Assembly: GCA_963846575.1 (NCBI GenBank)
Contig: CAWJWJ010000002.1
Location: 2,112,001-2,176,000 of the forward strand
Direction: 5' to 3'
Origin: an uncultured Nitrospiraceae bacterium
GTDB taxonomy: Bacteria; Nitrospirota; Nitrospiria; Nitrospirales; Nitrospiraceae
DNA: 64,000 nucleotides
This document shows, one piece after another, positions 57,514 through 64,000 of this stretch. The notes beneath the pieces are model-generated. The model did not search any database, was not told where the DNA came from, and saw nothing but the letters and a program-made list of their open reading frames with translations. Numbering within the stretch: position 1 is the first letter of the stretch; the number at the start of each line of letters is the position of its first letter. A program made the position numbers and the translations under genes.

Positions 57514-58581
57514 TTACGCCGAACCTGGCATAGGACCAAACAATCTAAACGCAAACAGAGATTGGGTACTCGTCACATCATTGTGAATTCCGACACGATT
57601 AATGGAAAATTTGTTTGTAGGTCTTCGGCCTTCGACTCCCATTTGTACCGAAACCGCTGCCTCGTACCCACAGGTCTGAACCTGGTGTTGAATGTGGACA
57701 TCGCTGTTCCCGTTGGGATAGCAAAAGACTGGCACGTAGTTCACACGCTGTCCTAGAAGAACTTCCCTGGATTTTATGAGTTCGTCCGACACTTCATCCG
57801 ATGTCACGGTGGTGAGGATACGATGGGAACATGAGTGAGATCCGAATGAGATGCCATTGGCAGACATTTCTCGCACCTCGTCCCAATTCACGATTACCCG
57901 GTGCTTCGGCAGTGGCACACGAAGCACAGACCCGAGAGCCGCTATGAGCTGCCGGATCTGTTGTATAGGCAGGTGCTTACAGCGCTCGATCATCAGGTCG
58001 ATAACCTGTGCTCGACGAGCTAATCCCTCCACAAACAGGCGATCCTCTTCGTGTAAAACAGGCGAGAGTACTCGCTCCACGGCCTGTCTATCCTCGACCT
58101 GCCCCTGGCTATCGACTCGAACGTTCTTCAATAGAAAAGACAACTGATCCGGCCAGAACCACTCATCGCGTCCCACATAGTCTGTGGGAAGAAAAATTGT
58201 GGCAGGAAGTCTTAACCGCTTCAGGATAGGGTACGCGTGGCAATAATTATCTAACCAGCCATCATCAAATGTCACCACGCAATACCGAGCCTGCTCATTC
58301 CATTTCCCTGTCTTCCACAGGCTAAGAAGCTCCCGCAACGACAAAACCGTAAAATTCGCTTTTAAAAACGACATATGTTGCGCAAAGACATTGTCGAGCA
58401 CATACATGCCCGGCTGTACAGATTGTTGATTGACCTCCGCAGTTGTCAAAACCCGGTGATACATCAGCACAACGACCTTGCCACGGTGCCGCCACCGGTA
58501 GAGCGACGACGCATACATTGCCCGAGCAATACTAGCCCGAATGTGTGCTTTGAGGTTATTGATTGCCAGCATAGCGGGCAT
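57514..58581 (-). CDS. Polysaccharide deacetylase (CE4/NodB-like)
   Basis: LMYHRV, TFDDGWLDNY, GSHSCSH, FCYPNG. Confidence 0.92.
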   Translation of the reverse strand: MPAMLAINNLKAHIRASIARAMYASSLYRWRHRGKVVVLMYHRVLTTAEVNQQSVQPGMYVLDNVFAQHMSFLKANFTVLSLRELLSLWKTGKWNEQARYCVVTFDDGWLDNYCHAYPILKRLRLPATIFLPTDYVGRDEWFWPDQLSFLLKNVRVDSQGQVEDRQAVERVLSPVLHEEDRLFVEGLARRAQVIDLMIERCKHLPIQQIRQLIAALGSVLRVPLPKHRVIVNWDEVREMSANGISFGSHSCSHRILTTVTSDEVSDELIKSREVLLGQRVNYVPVFCYPNGNSDVHIQHQVQTCGYEAAVSVQMGVEGRRPTNKFSINRVGIHNDVTSTQSLFAFRLFGPMPGSA

Positions 58582-58667
58582 GTAGGATTCTCGCTAGTGT
58601 TAAGCCCATAACGGGTTAGGACGGAAAGTTGGCACTGTTTCAGCCACCTTAAGCAAGGCCTAGAGCT

Positions 58668-59468
58668 TTACTCCGAGCGACAGTCTCCAAGTCGTTGACC
58701 TTCAAACTGGACAATCGTATACTCGCCAGAGCGACCCGCGCGATGATTCTTCCCTACTAATGCATTGGCAAGCGCCTGGCTACAGCCAGGCTTAATATTG
58801 TCGTGCAATTCGACAGCAATTACACCAATGTGATCGATCCATTTATCCGTCTCATTTTGAAATACTTCTTTTTCAGCTCCTTCTATATCAACTTTCAAGA
58901 GATCAATTCGTCGAGAATCGAAGTACTCAAATAGATCGGATACCCCAAGCCCCGCAATCGAGGCACAATCCCCGCCTGTAACCTTGCCGACTCTGAACGC
59001 CCATGGTTCGTCTGTGGGATTGAGAATGCTCAACTGCGCTTGCTCAAACCACAGAGCTTTTTGGATGCAGGTGATGTTGGGATACCCGCTGGTGTTTTTG
59101 GTCAACAGGTCAAAGTTAGCCTGATCAACCTCCAACGCCACAATTCTTGATTTTGGAAAGCGCTGGGCAAAGTACAGGGACGCCAATCCAATGTTAGCTC
59201 CCGCATCGACGATGCTTGTTGGTCCTTCGGGCATATCAAACTCTAATTCTCTTTCGATAAATATCTGTATAAACACTAATATATCAGAGGTTCCTGCCCG
59301 CAAATAAACTGGAGCACGGAGGTCTGGAACGCGCACCTTATGCAAGGCTCCTCGAGTAACTCGCATATGCTGGCGAAGCTGGAGCCACAGTCGCAACCCA
59401 GCTATGTGTCCGTACCGCCTCCGATACTTCTTACTAGCGCGCATTGCCCTGGTTATCATATTCAACAT
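58668..59468 (-). CDS. FkbM family methyltransferase
   Basis: LRAGTSD, DAGANIG, LKVDIEGAE, VELHD. Confidence 0.9.
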   Translation of the reverse strand: MLNMITRAMRASKKYRRRYGHIAGLRLWLQLRQHMRVTRGALHKVRVPDLRAPVYLRAGTSDILVFIQIFIERELEFDMPEGPTSIVDAGANIGLASLYFAQRFPKSRIVALEVDQANFDLLTKNTSGYPNITCIQKALWFEQAQLSILNPTDEPWAFRVGKVTGGDCASIAGLGVSDLFEYFDSRRIDLLKVDIEGAEKEVFQNETDKWIDHIGVIAVELHDNIKPGCSQALANALVGKNHRAGRSGEYTIVQFEGQRLGDCRSE

Positions 59469-59694
59469 GGAATTATTTGGTCTCTGTTAGTCTAGGTGGA
59501 GGTGCGTGCAAGGAAATTGTGAGTGAAGCGACAGAATCTGCTGACATCTCCCGGTCCTGGGACCCCGCAGGGGCCAGCTGGCATTGCACGTCACACTAAT
59601 TACCAACCATCGATGAAGCGAGTTGCTTCCCGTCTAATTCGACAGTATGGGATCCTGTCGGACGATGTCATGCATGGAAACCTGGCATGGAAGA

Positions 59695-60771
59695 TTAGGC
59701 TTCACGCGCGATGTTAAGCGTCCTCCAAACGAGGTTATCAGGCATGACGTAGGCCTTGAAGTAGTCCCAGTTATCATCCATCATTCTTTCTCTCAATTGC
59801 ACATCCTCAACCAGCTGCATAGTTTTCTGCAAACACATTTCAGGAGTTTCAAATTCAAGGTAATTTTTATTCGCTTGGAAATCTCCGGGAACCGCACACT
59901 TCAACCTCTCCGACACGATTGACTTGGAAAAAGCCACGTACTCACCCATCTTCCAACCAATTGACCCATGCAGACCAGTTGTAGCGATGCAAATCGGAAA
60001 TTGCCTGAGCATCGATAGGTAGACTTTTTTTCCTGAAACCAATGGGCTCTCCAAGAGTAAGTGCGAGTATTTTTCGACCGCATACCGTGTCTGGGAGAAT
60101 CCCCCATAAAATTTCGGCCCCAGCTCTCGACGTAGTAACTCGATACAACGGGCTCGAGTCTCATTGATTTGTGCTCTTTCAGTCTTTTCTTTCACTGATA
60201 CTGTGGCCGATTCGCCATCTGGATCCCATGCACGGGCCATAAACAGAACTCGAGCATCCTGATTTCGGACTGGTGGCGCGCACATGGTAGCAATCGTTGG
60301 AAGAAAGCTTACTGAAAAAAGCTCCGCCAGACGCGTTAGTAAGTCTTTGGGGAAATTCTTGAACAGCTGCCTGCGAAAGAGAAATCGTGAGATTTCGTAA
60401 CGGTTGAGGTTCCCTCCATACAGCTCATAGTTGAGCCCTAGCGCATGCACACGAGAGCTGTAGCATTCTGGGATTGAGGTGCGCGCATAACTCCGTTTGA
60501 AGTAGGCGTCGCATATTTCCAGGGCATCCTGACGGACATCAGAAGTATCACTAGTATCGTAGAAGATGAGTTTGTTGTCATTTAGAAAAACGAATAAGCC
60601 ATTAAGATCTTGAGGACCAAGGGCTCTCATCGACTCTAGACGCTTGTGAACGTAGTTGTGCAACCTTTGTCTCAGGCGGATTCTCCCGCGAGCAGCAAGG
60701 ATCGAGAACCCAGTGTAAATCTGAGAGACATGGGGAGAGGTGCTGTAGGCGAACAGGGTGCATGTCATCAT
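59695..60771 (-). CDS. Hypothetical GT-B-like glycosyltransferase
   Basis: YFKRSY; C-terminal ICIATTGLHGSIGWKMGEY...SIVSE resembling GT-B nucleotide-binding domains; EPS context. Confidence 0.6.
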   Translation of the reverse strand: MMTCTLFAYSTSPHVSQIYTGFSILAARGRIRLRQRLHNYVHKRLESMRALGPQDLNGLFVFLNDNKLIFYDTSDTSDVRQDALEICDAYFKRSYARTSIPECYSSRVHALGLNYELYGGNLNRYEISRFLFRRQLFKNFPKDLLTRLAELFSVSFLPTIATMCAPPVRNQDARVLFMARAWDPDGESATVSVKEKTERAQINETRARCIELLRRELGPKFYGGFSQTRYAVEKYSHLLLESPLVSGKKVYLSMLRQFPICIATTGLHGSIGWKMGEYVAFSKSIVSERLKCAVPGDFQANKNYLEFETPEMCLQKTMQLVEDVQLRERMMDDNWDYFKAYVMPDNLVWRTLNIAREA

Positions 60772-61040
60772 CTCAAGCTCTAACCCAGAAGCGAATACAG
60801 AAGATTACAAACTCCCTGTCATAATCCATTCTCACGGCGCTGGCCTAGCTAGAAACTCAGAATCCTTGCACTTCTCAGCTCTGGCGAAAAGTATAGGCCC
60901 GGAAAGGTCCACTTGTAATGATTCACTTGTGCTGGCCTTCACGCCTTCCTCCTCGTCTTTAATTCTCTGACATTCCAACACGGCTATAGGTTGGAAGAGA
61001 CTGCTTTGCTGCCAGAGTGTAAGGATTGGTGACCGAATAA

Positions 61041-61193
61041 CTAAAACAGCGTGTAAATAAAAGGCGCAACCGCCGACCCCTGAGTGAGCACGATCAAGCT
61101 GCCCAAGAGGACAAGCATCACGATAATAGGTAACAACCAGAATTTCTTACGTTCTTTCATGAACGCCCAAAGTTCTGCCAAGAATTCGCCCAT
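61041..61193 (-). CDS. SxtK-like (DUF5989-type) small membrane protein, 50 aa
   Basis: Manual translation MGEFLAELWAFMKERKKFWLLPIIVMLVLLGSLIVLTQGSAVAPFIYTLF*; GGAGGAG RBS; family signature RKKFWLLP...APFIYTLF. Confidence 0.9.
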   Translation of the reverse strand: MGEFLAELWAFMKERKKFWLLPIIVMLVLLGSLIVLTQGSAVAPFIYTLF

Positions 61194-61209
61194 ATTCTCC
61201 TCCGTAATC

Positions 61210-61605
61210 TTAGAACTGCCTCGTCATGTGGCTTCGTGGCCTCGCCTGGCGCACAACTCGATAACTCTCGGCATCTCGACTTAGAGCTCTTCGCATCGAA
61301 TCCCAACCGAATAGCCGCATGACGACCCCCATCGGGGTGATGAGTCCAAAGTATAGAACTCCGAGGATAAGCCTTGTGTTAATCCATCCCATTACATGGC
61401 CGACCTTCATCCACGCCTTGAAGAGAGGGGCGAGGACTGTTGGCGCCACTAGTCCCAACGGGATGAGAACAGATCCCGGGATGAGCGCCCAAAAACGTAT
61501 CCCTTCGCCGTGCCGAATCATCGGCCAGATGCCGATCAGGCAAAAAGCCCCTCCCACGATTAAGCCAAAATTCCGCAGTTCTTTTTTTTCACATAGACCA
61601 TCCAT
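61210..61605 (-). CDS. SxtJ family membrane protein
   Basis: LRNFGL, WMKVGHVMGWINTRLILGVLYF..ITPMG...R, ends RQF. Confidence 0.88.
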   Translation of the reverse strand: MDGLCEKKELRNFGLIVGGAFCLIGIWPMIRHGEGIRFWALIPGSVLIPLGLVAPTVLAPLFKAWMKVGHVMGWINTRLILGVLYFGLITPMGVVMRLFGWDSMRRALSRDAESYRVVRQARPRSHMTRQF

Positions 61606-61690
61606 TCAGCACCTCCTCATGTCCTCGTCAAGTTACCCACTATAGGCCAGTAAAGCCATCATCTCGCCCAAAATGGATGGTGTCCTCATC

Positions 61691-62830
61691 TCAACGCTTG
61701 GACGGCTCCCATCGAAACACTCGATCTCCCCGCACATAGCGTATCCAAGCATCGAGGATCGATAGGTTGACCAGAACAAAAAAAGATGGCAATCGCAACA
61801 AACTATTTTTTGGCATCCAGTGACATGCTGCATAGGCCGACGCTATGACATAAAAAAGAACGTGTCCGACCAAAAGCACTTGATAAAACATAGACTGTGT
61901 AGCCAGCGCGACGTTGGAGATCAACGCTCCGATCATCGCAAATGGTACAAGCCATCGACACAATTTGTGACTGAACAACTGCCAGGCGAACACCCCATAT
62001 GCAAACGGATTTAACATCGGCAGACTGCGCATCAGCACGGCAATGCCCCTTAGGACGGTCCGAACCTTGCGCTGGTATTCTTTCTTCTCGTCCGTCAAAT
62101 TCTTATAATATCCAACACTTCTCGAATCTGACACTCCCCGAAGCCCTGCCTTCACAGAGTTCAGTAAGGTATTGAAATCACTTTGCAGATCATCGGCCCA
62201 CGGACTACAGACGGTTCTTCTGGCGGCAAAAAATGATCCACTGAGACCTACCAACGTATTGAATCTGGTCTCCAATTGACGAAGCAGCATTTCATACTTA
62301 ACGTATGCGCCCTCTCCACTCAGGTTTCCCTTTGCATCCACAAATTGATCCACACTACTCACGCATCCCACGGTTGGATCATTAAAAGACTTTACAATGT
62401 TAGCAATGCCCTGCGGTGGAAGCGTGGTGGCCACATCGGAGAATACCAAAATTTCTCCGCTCGTCTGGCTGACCGCAATTTTCTGAGCTGCCTCCTTACC
62501 CCGTCTTTCTGGTGCGCGTATAAGCTTTACACCCGACGAGGCATAGGCTCGCACGATGTCGTCCGTTTGATCCGATGAGCAGTCGGACGCGACCACTATT
62601 TCGAGACTGTCTCGAGGATATTGCTGCTGGAGGGTGTTGTCGATCTTGTCGCTAATGCGTGTTTCCTCGTTATAGGCTGTGATTACAAACGAAACCGTAG
62701 GCTGAATATCCGCCACCAACACGGGCTTAGGTCTGATACGAGACAAAGTAAGTAGGATTAGCAAATATCCTGCGTAAGCGTAAAAAATAAAGCCCAGCGA
62801 ACCCCAAAATATTCCTTCAGCGAACCACAT
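61691..62830 (-). CDS. Glycosyltransferase family 2
   Basis: ITAYNEE, SDCSSD, GKEAAQ, FSD, EYQRKVR; N- and C-terminal TM segments. Confidence 0.92.
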   Translation of the reverse strand: MWFAEGIFWGSLGFIFYAYAGYLLILLTLSRIRPKPVLVADIQPTVSFVITAYNEETRISDKIDNTLQQQYPRDSLEIVVASDCSSDQTDDIVRAYASSGVKLIRAPERRGKEAAQKIAVSQTSGEILVFSDVATTLPPQGIANIVKSFNDPTVGCVSSVDQFVDAKGNLSGEGAYVKYEMLLRQLETRFNTLVGLSGSFFAARRTVCSPWADDLQSDFNTLLNSVKAGLRGVSDSRSVGYYKNLTDEKKEYQRKVRTVLRGIAVLMRSLPMLNPFAYGVFAWQLFSHKLCRWLVPFAMIGALISNVALATQSMFYQVLLVGHVLFYVIASAYAACHWMPKNSLLRLPSFFVLVNLSILDAWIRYVRGDRVFRWEPSKR

Positions 62831-62894
62831 TATTCTTCATCCTGCGTGTACCGCCCGCTTCCTGGATCCCTCACACACGCTATTGACTACTCAC

Positions 62895-64000
62895 TTAACT
62901 CGCAGCTGGTCGATTATTATGGCGCTCCCCTCGAGCGCTGGACGTATAGTTGGGTTTCGTTCCTTCAGCCCGCTGAAGACCATGAATGGCATTACAAATC
63001 CGTCTGAGATCTTGCGCAGTTAGTAGTTCGTGTGTCGGAAGAGTGATGAGTCGCTCAGCGAGGATCGTTGATTTCGGCGAGTCTTGCGTCATCAGTTCTT
63101 CACGAAGTTCGGGAATAGATCGAATCGGCGACGGATACATTGAACTTACACCAAGTCCCTGATGGCCCGACTGACGGCACAATGCCTCCTTCTCTTGTTT
63201 GGAACGCATGAGAACGGGCAATCGCAGATACACTGAACGCCCCCTGGCAGGCGGCTTCATCATCTGAACACCCTCCGATACGAGCGAGCGGCTCAACTCC
63301 TCGGCATGCGCCATACGACTTGCCGTGGAATGGGTCAGTCGCTTTGCCCAGTTTCGCAACAGTCCCGCCCGGACGGGATCCATGCGCGCAACTGGGAAGT
63401 CCGTGTCAAACGTTGTCTCTCCCAACTTCAAGTTGGGAAGTCCCGCTGGTAACCAATAAAGGGAGGGGTTGATTAACACCTTCGTTGCTGCCACTTCCAG
63501 CCAATTCCTGAGCATGCCGAGCAGAGATTCCTGAGGAACCTGCTGGTACTCGCGTGCCACCGCTTCACCGATACGATCACTATTGGTTAAAATAGCTCCA
63601 CCGGACCCACAGGTGACATTTTTACCTCTCCCGAAACTCAGGAAAGAGACGTCCCCCATGGCACCGAACTTTATTCCATCGCGATCGCCGCCAAACGCTT
63701 GAGCCACATCTTCCACTACGAAAATGCCTCGCTGCTTACATAGTTCGATCGCACGTGGCACATCAACGCCCAAACCAAACAGATGTGTTGCCAACACACA
63801 CAACACCTCAGAATCCACCCTTTGCGTCAGCTGAGCAAAGTCGAAATCTAACGTGTGTAAATCCAAATCACACAATGCAACCGACAATTGAGCTCGAGCC
63901 ACGGCCGACGGAACTGAGAAACACGTATAGCCAGGAATGATCACCTTCCGCCGCCCGGACAAACCATGAATGGCGCGGAGTATGAGGGTGAGGGCAGCTT
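62895..64000 (-). CDS. DegT/DnrJ/EryC1/StrS family aminotransferase, 5'-partial
   Basis: PGYTCFSVPSAV, HLFG, VEDVAQA, SFGRGK (PLP Lys), LPTH; frame continues beyond the window end. Confidence 0.85.
   Translation of the reverse strand, partial: AALTLILRAIHGLSGRRKVIIPGYTCFSVPSAVARAQLSVALCDLDLHTLDFDFAQLTQRVDSEVLCVLATHLFGLGVDVPRAIELCKQRGIFVVEDVAQAFGGDRDGIKFGAMGDVSFLSFGRGKNVTCGSGGAILTNSDRIGEAVAREYQQVPQESLLGMLRNWLEVAATKVLINPSLYWLPAGLPNLKLGETTFDTDFPVARMDPVRAGLLRNWAKRLTHSTASRMAHAEELSRSLVSEGVQMMKPPARGRSVYLRLPVLMRSKQEKEALCRQSGHQGLGVSSMYPSPIRSIPELREELMTQDSPKSTILAERLITLPTHELLTAQDLRRICNAIHGLQRAEGTKPNYTSSARGERHNNRPAAS

Noticed and set aside
61041..61605. Saxitoxin biosynthesis, suggested by the SxtJ/SxtK-like genes
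   Set aside because: These families are widespread in polysaccharide loci, and no sxtA/sxtG or other toxin genes are present.
1..64000. CRISPR arrays, tRNA/rRNA genes, IS elements, integrases, prophage or defence genes
   Set aside because: None recognised by eye in the intergenic regions or ORFs; small structured RNAs cannot be excluded without an Infernal/Rfam scan.

Overview
Bacterial chromosomal window. The gene set and synteny suggest Nitrospira/Nitrospirota (inference, not verified). It has four blocks. (1) 1-3.3 kb: small hypothetical and lipoprotein genes plus a metallophosphoesterase. (2) 3.5-21.4 kb, all minus strand: a complete group 2a [NiFe]-hydrogenase (Huc/Hup) locus. It runs sigma54 activator (HoxA/HupR-like), hucS, hucL, two paralogous signal-less HiPIP-like 4-Cys proteins and a maturation protease fused to an extra domain. 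A second operon follows: TPR protein, two small membrane proteins, NifU-Rieske (HucE-like), NHL protein, hypF, hypC, GmhA-like SIS protein, hypD, hypE, FmdE-like protein, hypA, hypB. It ends in a 59-aa, 22-His mini-protein missed by the ORF track. (3) 21.8-40.8 kb: small hypotheticals, a GH39-like hydrolase, a REC-HDOD regulator, gspG, an unknown 594-aa protein, proA, and a hybrid T2SS/T4P cluster (TPR-secretin with cohesin-like tail, pseudopilins, PilM/N/O/P-like, GspE, GspF). The cluster contains a frameshift-split lipoprotein-LysM gene. (4) 41-64 kb: a surface-polysaccharide cluster with a UDP-sugar dehydrogenase, GT4s, GT2, a Wzy/ligase-like protein, methyltransferases, LMW-PTP, ATP-grasp, deacetylase, SxtJ/SxtK-like proteins and a DegT-like protein. 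It is interrupted by a cassette of two opposite-strand secreted lyase-like paralogs flanking two GT-C-like membrane proteins. I recognised no rRNA, tRNA, CRISPR array, transposase or integrase. All calls come from reading motifs by eye; no searches were run.
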